Virus record (IMG/VR): IMGVR_UViG_3300048693_000367
Coordinates: 58,199-122,198 of that record
DNA: 64,000 nucleotides
From: a virus
Lineage: Duplodnaviria; Caudoviricetes
Reading direction: 5' to 3' (one strand)
A program made the translations under genes and the position numbers. The first letter of the stretch is position 1. Each line of letters begins with the position of its first letter. Below are positions 50,645 through 59,991 of this stretch, one piece after another. The notes beneath the pieces are model-generated. The model saw only the letters and a list, made by a program, of their open reading frames with translations. It did not search any database and was not told the DNA's origin.

Positions 50645-52678
50645 TTATCGATAAATCCCACCATATATATTAGTATTTGCTGCTTCTGTAAACCAGTTTG
50701 GTCCTTTATACATTTGACCGTTTGTTTTTCTAACATCAGCCAAATTATTACCAATAACATCAAAAGTTGTTGGTTGTAAACTTCTGCTCATTTGACGAGC
50801 TAACATATTTGCTATTATTAAGGCGCTATATCGGTCTTTTCTTAGTTTACCCTTTTTACCATTGGGAAGTTTGACCTCTGGAGTATCCCATCTGTCTCTA
50901 GCGTTTGGGCCAGTGCTAGTTTGACTCATAACTATTGTAGTTAATTCGTTCTTGAGTTCTTCTATTTCTAATATGCATTCGCTTTCACAATCATATAAAT
51001 TACTAAGCTCTGTTGTCATAATATCTTTATTTTCTCGGTCTAAAGCAAGAGCGAGCGTGATCTGATCGAATCTTGGGAATAATAATACTTTATCTTCTAG
51101 ATCTTTTCTTAGTCCGTGATTAGCTTGTGCTGTCCAATCTGCTCGCGCAAACTGTACTAATTCTAGGATATGTAATCCAGATTGATCATCAGTATCCTTG
51201 GGCTTATTCATATCTATAATGGGCCAAATTAAAGATTCACCTTCTTCTATTTTGCCTGGATCATGAAGCGCTTCTTCTATAGCAACACCACCGCCCTGAG
51301 CATCCATTCCTATTCTCGCACAAGGAAACGTTCTCATTAGATTGCGGATCTTGCGAGCACAAAATCCATAAAAATCATGCTCGTTTACTAATCCAGTTTT
51401 TTGGCGATCTTTAAAATTAGATCTATTGGTTGTCCATCCATATACAACTCTATTATGATCAGGATGAACTTCTAGTATAATTATACTAAAGTTATCTTTT
51501 TCGCTCGCTGGATCGATTCCATAGACGTATTGAAGGTTAGGATTTCCCTTGGTACTAACATCAAACAGCACAGGATTACCAGACACAATAATTGGTTTAC
51601 TCTCATTTACCACACAACTTTCTATTAATGATCGACGGAAGAATCCATCACTATCTTCTGTGAAACATGCCGCATACTCCATATTATAGATACCAGTATG
51701 AATTGTGGCTTTTGCTCTACTAACTTGTTTATCGTCCATAAAACCTTTGGGAATAAGTTCATATGGAACACGCACGATGCTATAGTCTTGCCAATTAAAA
51801 CTATCTGGAACTTCGCCTTTAAAAATTTCTTCTAATTTATGCTTGTCTCCACGACTATTAATAATAGCTTTGTATCTTTTCCAATACTGAGCAAAATGTT
51901 TAAAACTATAATCTGCGGTACCAGCAATAATAGCTTGATTACCCTTTTTAATTTGTACTGCTTCTAATTCATCTGTCCACAATCCAGCTTGTCTCATAGC
52001 GGCTTTTTTTGCTTCTTCTTTAACATTTTGGATTGGACTCGCACTCACAGCAGCGAAGCCAGAGACTACTGTTTCGTAAATGTCTGGAGATATTGATGCG
52101 AACTCGTCTGCGATGATAATGTGTGCTCTTAAACCTCTGATCTTACTACCATCGCCCATAGGAACCGCGATTGTCCAACTCTCGCCCAGTCTCATAGTGC
52201 ATCTATCAACATCTCGACGCGGACCATCATCGTTTCCATTAAAGATGCTACGCAATATTGGACTATTTCGCCACAAAGTTTCCATATACTCGAATATGAT
52301 TTTACTCTGTCGGAAAGCGGCACCAACCACAACTATTTTGGTTCCGGGAACCAGTATGCAACGCAAGGTACAATATAGTGCCATTAAAAAGCTTTTACCA
52401 AAACCACGACTCGCCACAAACATGGGAAACGGACGAATCCAAAACTCTTGTAATATAGCTATTTGAATAGGATGAAGTTCTATATCAAATAATAGTTTAA
52501 CCGTAGTACCAAAATATTTAGGATTTCGTAATAGTCGTAGTAAATGAAGATCAGGATTTTCTATATCTTCTTTGGATCTACCAACCATATGATTGATAGG
52601 TATTTGTATTTTGCTAAGATCACCCAGATTTAACCAAGCGTCATCAAACGTTGTTATTATTTTCTGTTTGTTTTCCAT
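50645..52678 (-). CDS. terL: terminase large subunit
   Basis: Walker A ASRGFGKS; RGLRA; Walker B IIADEF; nuclease YGIDPA; KDRYSAL. Confidence 0.92.
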   Translation of the reverse strand: MENKQKIITTFDDAWLNLGDLSKIQIPINHMVGRSKEDIENPDLHLLRLLRNPKYFGTTVKLLFDIELHPIQIAILQEFWIRPFPMFVASRGFGKSFLMALYCTLRCILVPGTKIVVVGAAFRQSKIIFEYMETLWRNSPILRSIFNGNDDGPRRDVDRCTMRLGESWTIAVPMGDGSKIRGLRAHIIIADEFASISPDIYETVVSGFAAVSASPIQNVKEEAKKAAMRQAGLWTDELEAVQIKKGNQAIIAGTADYSFKHFAQYWKRYKAIINSRGDKHKLEEIFKGEVPDSFNWQDYSIVRVPYELIPKGFMDDKQVSRAKATIHTGIYNMEYAACFTEDSDGFFRRSLIESCVVNESKPIIVSGNPVLFDVSTKGNPNLQYVYGIDPASEKDNFSIIILEVHPDHNRVVYGWTTNRSNFKDRQKTGLVNEHDFYGFCARKIRNLMRTFPCARIGMDAQGGGVAIEEALHDPGKIEEGESLIWPIIDMNKPKDTDDQSGLHILELVQFARADWTAQANHGLRKDLEDKVLLFPRFDQITLALALDRENKDIMTTELSNLYDCESECILEIEELKNELTTIVMSQTSTGPNARDRWDTPEVKLPNGKKGKLRKDRYSALIIANMLARQMSRSLQPTTFDVIGNNLADVRKTNGQMYKGPNWFTEAANTNIYGGIYR

Positions 52679-53129
52679 ATTTTTCGTATATTCTTTTCAT
52701 GATACTAACCGCAGTACGTTCAGCATTTTCAGCATCGCCACAGAATAGTATGTGAATATTATAATTTAATTGAGCTTCTACCAGATACTTCATTATATAA
52801 TTGCCACTAATTCTTAATTTATCCCACATCTTTTTTGGAATATCGCTGCCCACGGGAAACTGATAAATTTCCTCTAATTCAAATTCCATGAGCATGAAAC
52901 TGTGTGGTATTTGACCCATTCTTTGCAACACATCTTTGAATCGACTTTCGCTTATATTGTTAGCAATTTCACTAACACTGCGTTTGCGCTCTATTGTGAA
53001 AATACTTTCAAATCCTTGTATGCTATAATCGCCAGTATCTAGCTTTTGTTTGCTAGTGGTATGAAAGCCAAATTCCCACGGCATTTGTTCGCGCGTATCC
53101 ACGATAATAGTAAAAGGATCTCGTGTCAT
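52644..53129 (-). CDS. ERCC4-domain nuclease
   Basis: IIVDTREQ; LDTGDYS; IERK.S..E. Confidence 0.85.
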   Translation of the reverse strand: MTRDPFTIIVDTREQMPWEFGFHTTSKQKLDTGDYSIQGFESIFTIERKRSVSEIANNISESRFKDVLQRMGQIPHSFMLMEFELEEIYQFPVGSDIPKKMWDKLRISGNYIMKYLVEAQLNYNIHILFCGDAENAERTAVSIMKRIYEKYGKQTENNNNV

Positions 53130-53398
53130 TGATTCTTAAGTTTCTGTAATACTAAAGATAAGAAAAATCCTTCATAGTTTTCTTCGTTATCTTTAATTAG
53201 GTCATGATGAATTTTGCAGAGAGAAATTCCGTTGTTTGTGTTGTATCGTAAGCCGGGAAAATCGGCCCACTTTTTAATATGGTGGGCGTGTATTTTCTTT
53301 TTGCTATTACAGTGAGGCCACTGACAGGTGTTATTATCTCTTTTGCGAATATCTTGTCTCCATTTTTTATATTGGGGATCATTATAATTCCTGGTCAT
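53126..53398 (-). CDS. HNH endonuclease
   Basis: RD..TCQ..C...HAHHI...NGISLC..HH. Confidence 0.85.
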   Translation of the reverse strand: MTRNYNDPQYKKWRQDIRKRDNNTCQWPHCNSKKKIHAHHIKKWADFPGLRYNTNNGISLCKIHHDLIKDNEENYEGFFLSLVLQKLKNQ

Positions 53399-54206
53399 TA
53401 ACTTCTAAAGCCTCTGGACTAAGTATGGGAGAGTCAACACTATTATCAGCATATTGGTGTAATTCGTGCAATGTTCTTTTGGCCTTTTCGGTAGCCATAG
53501 CTAAGATTTCCATTTCTCGTCCTTCTTTTTCTCTTATAGCTTCGTCTTCTAACATTCGAATTAAACCAACCCAACTACTCTTACCATCTTCTATTCTTTT
53601 AATACGCTGTTCGCGCGTGGCCTTTAAATCTTTGCTTATCTTTTGCTGTTCGTTTAAAAGCTTAGTATATTCATTAGTATAACTAGCAATACTATTTCGT
53701 GCAAAATTTAATTGAGTTTCTAAATTGGCTAGTCTGGGAATGTCTCTTTGGTCCTCTGGTTTTTCGTATTCTTTGTCTACTAATTTTTGTAGCTTCTCGG
53801 TTTCGGCAATATGGCGCTTACGCTCTTTCATGCTACGATTAATTAATATATCAATAGTGATAAACTGTTTAATTTGAAGTTCTTCCGCGGGTAAAACGTC
53901 CTCTCGGAATTGTTTAATTAGGCCAACCCACGTATCCTCAAAATACTGTAACTCGCCCGTTTCCTCATCAAACTGCCTCACCACCTCGTTCCAAAAAGTT
54001 TTGCTGCGTAACTTGCGCTTAAGAATCTCGTTTTCGCTCTTGTCATCTAAACTATACAATTGATTCTCATCAATATATCGTTTGATTGGATCCACATTGC
54101 GATTAAGTTGATCCGCAATATCTTCTATACTTAATATGTTAATATTTTCAGTGATGAATTTTTCTTCATCTAAACTAAGTTGTCCGCGTTTTTTAGCCAT
54201 GATCAC
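53382..54206 (-). CDS. hypothetical protein, terminase small subunit candidate
   Basis: N-terminal HTH-like region, coiled coil, upstream of terL. Confidence 0.45.
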   Translation of the reverse strand: MIMAKKRGQLSLDEEKFITENINILSIEDIADQLNRNVDPIKRYIDENQLYSLDDKSENEILKRKLRSKTFWNEVVRQFDEETGELQYFEDTWVGLIKQFREDVLPAEELQIKQFITIDILINRSMKERKRHIAETEKLQKLVDKEYEKPEDQRDIPRLANLETQLNFARNSIASYTNEYTKLLNEQQKISKDLKATREQRIKRIEDGKSSWVGLIRMLEDEAIREKEGREMEILAMATEKAKRTLHELHQYADNSVDSPILSPEALEVNDQEL

Positions 54207-54831
54207 TTATTATTTGTTTGAGTTTAATAGATAGTTTATCCATATCGCTTTTGCTAACTTTGGCGCCCCCTTTGACTCTTAAGTAAATTATGCGATCTTC
54301 ACCAGTAAGATGAGTTTCGCATAGTTCTAGTATTTCATTAGTAGCAATATTATTAAATAATAAACTATCATCGCTACTAAAAACGTTACCATAATCTTTA
54401 ACTTCGTCTATTGTGGTAAGATGCATAAGGTTCTTCTTGGTACTATTTCTGTTAATCCAAGATGAGTATAGAGTACAATCATCTTTGTTAGAGTATTGTT
54501 CGCAAGCGCTAGTGCTTTTTTTGAGGTGAGGGTCGTAAAATGGACAACTCAAACATGGTTTGTCTGGCCTTTGATAGTTGTCTCTTTTATAGTTAAACAA
54601 CCGATTACGAACATGGGTCCATAAGAAATTTTCTAGGGGCCTTTTGCTGTCGTAATTTTTTAATCCTTCCAGAGCAAAAATACTGATCTGCTGTTTCATA
54701 TCATCAAAGTCGTGATATCCAAATTTAAATTTATATGCTAATTTTTTTGCTATTATATCAACGATATTAAGAAATTCAGCTTCATCAACTTTCTTGTTTT
54801 GAGCTATTGTTTTCTTCGTTTTCTTTTTCAT
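54193..54831 (-). CDS. phage RNA polymerase sigma factor (sigma70 region 2-like)
   Basis: DDMKQQ...LEGLKNYD..RPLENFLWTHVRNRL.NY.R; CxxC insert. Confidence 0.7.
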   Translation of the reverse strand: MKKKTKKTIAQNKKVDEAEFLNIVDIIAKKLAYKFKFGYHDFDDMKQQISIFALEGLKNYDSKRPLENFLWTHVRNRLFNYKRDNYQRPDKPCLSCPFYDPHLKKSTSACEQYSNKDDCTLYSSWINRNSTKKNLMHLTTIDEVKDYGNVFSSDDSLLFNNIATNEILELCETHLTGEDRIIYLRVKGGAKVSKSDMDKLSIKLKQIISDHG

Positions 54832-54943
54832 CTAGTAATTCTGCTATTGTTTTGGTGGGTTGTGCTTTTAGATCGTCTTCTATATTTAGATTTTGTTTAG
54901 CAGTAACGTGTAGTGTGCTGGGTGAAATGTTGTCAATATTCAT
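54785..54943 (-). CDS. hypothetical protein
   Basis: ATG 54943 with GAGG RBS. Confidence 0.45.
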   Translation of the reverse strand: MNIDNISPSTLHVTAKQNLNIEDDLKAQPTKTIAELLDEKENEENNSSKQES

Positions 54944-55022
54944 AAAAACCTCTTGCGTTAAAGGGACCAAAGTATACTATATAATATGTTTCGTACACTT
55001 TTTGTCAAAAAAGGAAGGTTTT

Positions 55023-55226
55023 ATGGCCACATATAAAAGATGGAATGATGCTGAGCTTCAGTATATCAAAGACAACTTGGCTCTATTTAGTGATGGTGAG
55101 TTAGCAACTAAGCTTAGTGAAATGACGGGAGAAACCGTTACTTATGGTATGATTCGCCGTCAACGTCGTAAGTTGGGCGTTAGCAAACCACGAGGCCGAC
55201 GCAAGAAAAGTCAGGGATCATTATGA
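55023..55226 (+). CDS. small basic HTH-like DNA-binding protein
   Basis: KRWNDAELQYI...ELA..L...IRRQRRKLG..KPRGRRKK; AGGAAGG RBS. Confidence 0.65.
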   Translation: MATYKRWNDAELQYIKDNLALFSDGELATKLSEMTGETVTYGMIRRQRRKLGVSKPRGRRKKSQGSL

Positions 55227-55519
55227 TGAAACTATGCGGATTAGCCGTTTTATTAATGTGTGGTATGGGAGCAGACTGGAGTGTTTATTACAATAATCCA
55301 CCAGTTCCGGTGTTAGTTCAACCACCAGCGGTTGTGACTCATCCGTACTATACTCTAAATTATGTTCCGATAGTTAAGCAGGAGATTGTGATGGTGCCTG
55401 TGGTGCAGCAAGGAGTGGTCTATGGGTATTATTATGATACTAGGTGGGTTCCTCAGCCAGCTCCTTGGGGATCTGATCCTTATGTTCAATGGTTAAGATG
55501 CAAGCAGTATAGATACTGA
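55223..55519 (+). CDS. secreted Pro/Val/Tyr-rich hypothetical protein
   Basis: N-terminal signal-like segment; PPVPV/YYY composition. Confidence 0.55.
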   Translation: MMKLCGLAVLLMCGMGADWSVYYNNPPVPVLVQPPAVVTHPYYTLNYVPIVKQEIVMVPVVQQGVVYGYYYDTRWVPQPAPWGSDPYVQWLRCKQYRY

Positions 55520-55543
55520 AAAGCAAGATAATAGTTTCACGAT

Positions 55544-55585
55544 GAAAAGAGGCAAGGGTCATGGTGGCTCTTGCCTTTTTTATTT
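55544..55585 (+). terminator. intrinsic terminator
   Basis: AGGCAAGGG...CTCTTGCCT followed by TTTTTATTT. Confidence 0.7.
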
Positions 55586-55706
55586 GGGGAAAGTGGCTAT
55601 TAAACTGGTCAATTATATATGGTTGGCTTGTTGAGTATGGACCACCGGGCGTTTTTCAGAAAAATCTCGCATTATATACGGAAAACAAAAAAACCCCCTC
55701 TTATCC

Positions 55707-55784
55707 TAACTCATTGCTCTATGGATACTTAGGATATTTGGGATCCGCAAAATCGCACGTAAGTACTTATGCTGTAAGACTTTA
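55707..55784. repeat. 78-bp bipartite element, copy 1
   Basis: TAActcaTTgctctatGGatacTTA-N28-TAAgtacTTatgctgtAAgactTTA. Confidence 0.85.
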
Positions 55785-55872
55785 CGACGAGTTTTTCTCG
55801 AATTGTTAGGATTGCGTTAGATTTTCATGAATACTAACTGTCCACTGAGCCGGCAAAAAATTCTTATTGATA

Positions 55873-55897
55873 TAAACTATTGAAAAATAATGACTTA
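55873..55897. repeat. solo 25-bp box of the same family
   Basis: TAAactaTTgaaaaatAAtgacTTA. Confidence 0.65.
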
Positions 55898-55928
55898 GAA
55901 AAATCTGAAAATATTTTTAAGAAGCCTA

Positions 55929-55957
55929 TTGACTTTGGACGATCATATTGGTATAAT
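55929..55957 (+). promoter_or_regulatory. sigma70-type promoter
   Basis: TTGACT-N17-TATAAT. Confidence 0.8.
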
Positions 55958-55994
55958 TAAGTATCAAAGGAAAAGAGAAGAAAAGGAAAGAAAA

Positions 55995-56240
55995 ATGATC
56001 TTCAACACGATGCAAGAAGTTTTAGACTATATCGCAGATAATCAGCCTGAGAATCTGGATGGACACTACGCTTCGGGCGAGTTGTTCGATATGCTTCGCA
56101 ATCATGCAGAGAATGCCCGTAAGGATTGGTGGCCTTCTTGCAAGTATTTTGGATACATGGAAGAATACGATATGGGTGAAGGTGAATCGATGGAAATCGA
56201 CGAAACCGGAAAGATCATTAATTCTAGCGTATACTTCTGA
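55995..56240 (+). CDS. small acidic protein (paralog of 57532..57765)
   Basis: true start after purine-rich leader; NT..E...AS..L...R...G.M....EIDE.G. Confidence 0.7.
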   Translation: MIFNTMQEVLDYIADNQPENLDGHYASGELFDMLRNHAENARKDWWPSCKYFGYMEEYDMGEGESMEIDETGKIINSSVYF

Positions 56241-56246
56241 ACAGTA

Positions 56247-56274
56247 TTGACAATCTAAAAATATCTGGTATAAT
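56247..56274 (+). promoter_or_regulatory. sigma70-type promoter
   Basis: TTGACA-N16-TATAAT. Confidence 0.8.
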
Positions 56275-56301
56275 TCAGACATAAGAAAGAGAGAAAGAAA
56301 A

Positions 56302-56469
56302 ATGACCTACTTTGCTGAAATCGTGGATCACTGGGAAGAAGAATTGGATATTCTTGGCCCGTTTAAGAGTGAAGAAGAAGCACACAATGCCGCTTATGAG
56401 AAGTGGGATGGTGATGCTAATCTTGCGGAAATTCGAATCATTAAGAGGCTTCCCGCTTTATCTAACTGA
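56302..56469 (+). CDS. small acidic protein (55 aa, not in ORF track)
   Basis: MTYFAEIVDHWEEELDILGPFKSEEEA...; AAGAAAGAGAGAAAGAAAA leader. Confidence 0.7.
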   Translation: MTYFAEIVDHWEEELDILGPFKSEEEAHNAAYEKWDGDANLAEIRIIKRLPALSN

Positions 56470-56502
56470 ACAGGCGTTCATTGGTATACAAAAAACTCGA
56501 CG

Positions 56503-56580
56503 TAAACCCTTGTGGGATAAGGAGTTACGACGAATTTTCGCCCGCAAATTTGACGTAAGTACTTGCTAAGTAACGACTTA
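56503..56580. repeat. 78-bp bipartite element, copy 2
   Basis: TAAacccTTgtgggatAAggagTTA-N28-TAAgtacTTgctaagtAAcgacTTA. Confidence 0.9.
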
Positions 56581-56759
56581 CGATCAGTGTTTTGATGCTT
56601 ATTGCCCATCTTAACACACAGCAAATATCATGCCAATCGCAAACAAAAACGCTAAAAGTTTTGTCAAAATCTCTTGACATAAAAATTACGATTTTTCTCT
56701 TGAACATTCAAGCCGGCATGGTATAATACCGATATAACAAGTAAGAGAAGAAAGAGAGA

Positions 56760-56984
56760 ATGAAAATGGAAAGCATGATGAAAAAGTTTCTGGATACTAA
56801 GGCTCAGATTTGGGGCGATGAGTCCCACGCCTGTACGATTGTTTACGAAGTTTCTACGAAAAAGTTTCGTGCGGAAACTGAGTGTGATTCGCGGATTCTG
56901 AACGAGAAGAACTACGAAAGAGTTCTCAATGATATGTTCTACGATTACTGTGTGGAAAACGCTTCTTATATGGGCGTCTCCTGA
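56760..56984 (+). CDS. hypothetical protein
   Basis: promoter TTGAAC..TATAAT (56700-56727) and purine-rich leader. Confidence 0.7.
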   Translation: MKMESMMKKFLDTKAQIWGDESHACTIVYEVSTKKFRAETECDSRILNEKNYERVLNDMFYDYCVENASYMGVS

Positions 56985-57051
56985 GACAAACGTACAGTAT
57001 TGACCACCTAAAAATCTTTGGTATAATATAAAGAAAGAAAGAGAGAAAAAG

Positions 57052-57240
57052 ATGATTACAGAAGTTTTCAAGAATGGTAAAACGATTGGGTTTGTGGTGG
57101 GTAAGGATAGACTTTCTTCGGCCAGTATGGTAGCAAAGGCTTTCCCTCAAGTGGATAAGGTTGAGACTGTTCGTGACTTACCTAAGCATGATCCAAGATG
57201 CAAAAAGATTGCAGATAACGTATATGCCTGGGTAAACTAG
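57052..57240 (+). CDS. hypothetical protein (family A; paralogs at 58912 and 59757)
   Basis: promoter TTGACC-N16-TATAAT at 57000-57027; MITEVFKNGKTIGFVV...DPRCKKIA.NVYAW. Confidence 0.75.
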   Translation: MITEVFKNGKTIGFVVGKDRLSSASMVAKAFPQVDKVETVRDLPKHDPRCKKIADNVYAWVN

Positions 57241-57274
57241 GCAACTTACGCACTTTCCTCTAAAAAACTCGACG

Positions 57275-57352
57275 TAAACCCTTGGTACGTAAGGACTTAG
57301 GACGAATTTTGCGGCGAAAATTTGACGTAACTCCTTATGCTGCAACGACTTA
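57275..57352. repeat. 78-bp bipartite element, copy 3
   Basis: TAAacccTTggtacgtAAggacTTA-N28-TAActccTTatgctgcAAcgacTTA. Confidence 0.9.
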
Positions 57353-57531
57353 CGACGACTTTTTTGGGCATGATTCTTGCAATTAGCAAATACTGTGCCA
57401 AACATACTCAAAATAATGAAAAGTTTTGTCAAAATCTCTTGACATAAAAATTCCTATTTTTCTCTTGTAATTTCAAGAAAGCATGGTATAATGTCGATAT
57501 AAGAAAAAGAGAAAGAAAGAGAGAAAGAAAA

Positions 57532-57765
57532 ATGGAAAACCTTATCGTTCTGAATACTGTGGCTGAGTTGACCGAGTTCCTCAACAATACTTCTCTCGAT
57601 ACTCTAGTGAATAGGGTTGCTTTTGCTAGCGATCTTCTGGAAAAGGTTCGCGAGAACGAATTCAATCAGATCAACATAGATGAGGAAATCGGATTTATGG
57701 ATGATGGGGGTTGGATTGAAATTGACGAAATGGGCTATGTTGTGGATGATGCTTATCTCCCCTAA
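57532..57765 (+). CDS. small acidic protein (paralog of 55995..56240)
   Basis: promoter region near-duplicate of 56655-56760. Confidence 0.7.
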   Translation: MENLIVLNTVAELTEFLNNTSLDTLVNRVAFASDLLEKVRENEFNQINIDEEIGFMDDGGWIEIDEMGYVVDDAYLP

Positions 57766-57807
57766 GTTATCTAACAATCCTAAACCCTAAACAGAAAGAA
57801 GAAAGAA

Positions 57808-58122
57808 ATGTATCCGATTATCCGAAATGCAAAACGACAAGCCCGAATGATTTTCTTGGGGATCGCAATCCCGACCGAAGTGAAAAACATAGACGGTGAA
57901 AATATACAGGTTGAGAAGGTTATCAAATTCAATCGAACCGCTCTAAAGAATATAGGCAAGCGTAAGGTAGAGAAGAATGATCCTCGTTTCGTAGGGGGTG
58001 GTGATCATATGATCATACGCGTGGGAAAGCCGGGCTCATCTGAGCGTGTACAGGCTCTCTCATCTCAATATGCTGCAATTCTTGCAAGTGGAGAAGAAAT
58101 ATCCCCCTTCGCAGAGGGGTAG
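57808..58122 (+). CDS. hypothetical protein (family B; paralog at 59992)
   Basis: II.NAK.QARM.FLGIAIP...KFNR.AL.N.GK...DPRFVGG...GKPGS.ERV.AL. Confidence 0.75.
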   Translation: MYPIIRNAKRQARMIFLGIAIPTEVKNIDGENIQVEKVIKFNRTALKNIGKRKVEKNDPRFVGGGDHMIIRVGKPGSSERVQALSSQYAAILASGEEISPFAEG

Positions 58123-58161
58123 TAGGTGAACCAACGTACACTACTGTACAAAAACTCGCCG

Positions 58162-58239
58162 TAAACCCTTGCTACGTAAGGAGTTACAGCGAATTTTCGC
58201 CCGCAAATTTGACGTAAGTGCTTGTGGCATAACGACTTA
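58162..58239. repeat. 78-bp bipartite element, copy 4
   Basis: TAAacccTTgctacgtAAggagTTA-N28-TAAgtgcTTgtggcatAAcgacTTA. Confidence 0.9.
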
Positions 58240-58438
58240 CATCAACCTTCTTGTGGTGCTGAAATTTTAGGCACACTATATATGGTGTAGTGCAAAATGC
58301 TACACTATGCAATATCTCGGCCCAAAACACGACGCAAAATGCTACAGCGCTGTAGCAAAATGCTACGCTCAATATCTAGGCACAAAAAGTAGCATAGCGT
58401 TTTTCCCGAAGAAAACACACAAAAAATATTTTTCGGTT

Positions 58439-58454
58439 TGGCACAGAAAGTGCA
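58439..58454 (+). promoter_or_regulatory. sigma54-like -24/-12 promoter
   Basis: TGGCAC-AGAAA-GTGCA, 33 bp upstream of ATG 58488; GCAAAATGCTAC x3 upstream. Confidence 0.5.
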
Positions 58455-58487
58455 TTTATATATGGTATAAGAAAGAGAGAGTGTAAG

Positions 58488-58646
58488 ATGGAAAAGATGA
58501 TTTTTTACGTTTCGGACTGCTGTGGTGTTGAGGGTAACCCTGATTATCAGGTCTGCTCATGCTGTGGTGAACATTGTGAGATTGTGACTGATGATAGTCT
58601 GGTTTCCGATTATATCCCCGGTTATGATGATGGTGAGGCTGTCTAG
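58488..58646 (+). CDS. small Cys-rich acidic protein (52 aa, not in ORF track)
   Basis: SDCCG...CSCCGEHCE; purine-rich leader. Confidence 0.7.
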   Translation: MEKMIFYVSDCCGVEGNPDYQVCSCCGEHCEIVTDDSLVSDYIPGYDDGEAV

Positions 58647-58668
58647 TCTTGCCTAGTCGGGGTTTGAC

Positions 58669-58834
58669 GCGTCTCAGCCGAACTAGTCGGCTCGCAGTCG
58701 TAGCATAGTCAGCGAGTTAGTCGAGCGTCTCAGCCGAACTAGTCGGCTCGCAGTCGTAGCATAGTCAGCGAGTTAGTCGAGCGTCTCAGCCGAACTAGTC
58801 GGCTCGCAGCCGTAGCATAGTCAGCGAGTTAGTC
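58669..58834. repeat. three tandem 56-bp direct repeats
   Basis: unit GCGTCTCAGCCGAACTAGTCGGCTCGCAGTCGTAGCATAGTCAGCGAGTTAGTCGA at 58669, 58725, 58781. Confidence 0.95.
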
Positions 58835-58911
58835 AGACTAAAGTGTGAGCAGTTGACAAGCCGATATTAGTAGTGTAGAATCGTGATATGAGAAAGAAAG
58901 AGGAAAAGAAG

Positions 58912-59103
58912 ATGACTTTGGAAGTTTATCAGAATGGTTTGGCTGTTGGTTTCGTGCAGGCTAAAAACAAACTGCAAGCCTATGATCTGGTAAGAAAGTA
59001 TTTTCCAGATTGCTCTAATGTTCGCACTGGACATTTGCCGATCTCTGATGTAAGATGCGTAAAGGTGAACGATAACGTCTATACTTGGAACCTTACCAAA
59101 TGA
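58912..59103 (+). CDS. hypothetical protein (family A, divergent)
   Basis: promoter TTGACA-N17-TAGAAT at 58853-58881; EVYQNG..VGFV...LP..D.RC.K...NVY.W. Confidence 0.7.
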   Translation: MTLEVYQNGLAVGFVQAKNKLQAYDLVRKYFPDCSNVRTGHLPISDVRCVKVNDNVYTWNLTK

Positions 59104-59306
59104 GTCCTGAACTAATCGCTATGGCTTGCCTGTTTGTGGTGGGTATTATTATCATGGGATTGGTTTGTGCTGTGCTTGCTATTGGGGATACCATCTGCAA
59201 GAAAATAGCCAAAAAGGAATTGAATGATGCAGGATTTGAATCTGATGGGTTTATCCATACAGATGAGGATGGTACTAAGTGGCTTGTGGGATATAAAAAG
59301 GATTAA
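59100..59306 (+). CDS. small membrane protein
   Basis: ATGA overlap; hydrophobic N-terminal helix. Confidence 0.6.
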   Translation: MSPELIAMACLFVVGIIIMGLVCAVLAIGDTICKKIAKKELNDAGFESDGFIHTDEDGTKWLVGYKKD

Positions 59307-59321
59307 AGAAAGGAATCACGG

Positions 59322-59432
59322 ATGGTCGATATTAATATAGATTGGATGTGGATGGGTGTGGGATTTGTTATTGGCATTAGTTGTGCTTGGCTTGTTTCTG
59401 ACTTGGTTTTTCCTATAAAGGATAAGAAATGA
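59322..59432 (+). CDS. 36-aa single-TM peptide
   Basis: AAGGAA RBS; WMWMGVGFVIGISCAWLV. Confidence 0.5.
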   Translation: MVDINIDWMWMGVGFVIGISCAWLVSDLVFPIKDKK

Positions 59433-59506
59433 ATCTTTACGATAAGGTAGTGCTTTCTGTTTCTTTTGCTTTTGGTTGTGTGGTTGCTTGGGTAATTAAT
59501 TCTTAA
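59429..59506 (+). CDS. 25-aa single-TM peptide
   Basis: ATGA overlap; VVLSVSFAFGCVVAWVI. Confidence 0.45.
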   Translation: MNLYDKVVLSVSFAFGCVVAWVINS

Positions 59507-59508
59507 CC

Positions 59509-59586
59509 TAAGTGGTTGACATATAAAGACTTAGGGTGAGCCGGCGCCGCCCGATTTGCCGTAAGTTGTTTGATACCAACACTTTA
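59509..59586. repeat. 78-bp bipartite element, copy 5
   Basis: TAAgtggTTgacatatAAagacTTA-N28-TAAgttgTTtgataccAAcactTTA. Confidence 0.9.
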
Positions 59587-59756
59587 CGAGCAATTTCTCA
59601 CGATACCATCTGTCCACTGCGATACCTAAACGAAGCGGGTCGATGCAACATCGGGCCAAATAAGGACTTAGGGAAAATCCGAGAATTTTCTAAAGATTCC
59701 ATTTGACTTTTGACGATCTCTTAGGTATAATTTAGCATAAGAAAGAGAGAAAGAAA

Positions 59757-59942
59757 ATGATCACAGAAGTTTTCAAGAATGGTAAGACGATTGGTTTTGT
59801 TGTGAGTAAGGATAGGCTTTCTTCAGTCGATCTAATCATCAAGGCTTTCCCACAAGTGGATAGGGTCAAGACTAATTCTACCCTTCCCAAGTATGATCCG
59901 CGATGCAAGAAAATCGCTGAAAATGTTTACGCTTGGGCTTGA
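59757..59942 (+). CDS. hypothetical protein (family A)
   Basis: promoter TTGACT-N17-TATAAT at 59703-59731; near-identical N-terminus to 57052. Confidence 0.75.
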   Translation: MITEVFKNGKTIGFVVSKDRLSSVDLIIKAFPQVDRVKTNSTLPKYDPRCKKIAENVYAWA

Positions 59943-59991
59943 CATTCATCAAAGAGTTTTGCTAGAATCAAACCAACACAAAAGGGAAAAC

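Noticed and set aside
55929-55994. Extended TTG starts in the ORF track for array genes (55929, 61176, 61688)
   Set aside because: These fall in promoter -35 boxes or repeat elements; downstream ATGs after purine-rich leaders are more credible.
58669-58834. CRISPR interpretation of the 56-bp repeats
   Set aside because: Head-to-tail copies with no unique spacers.
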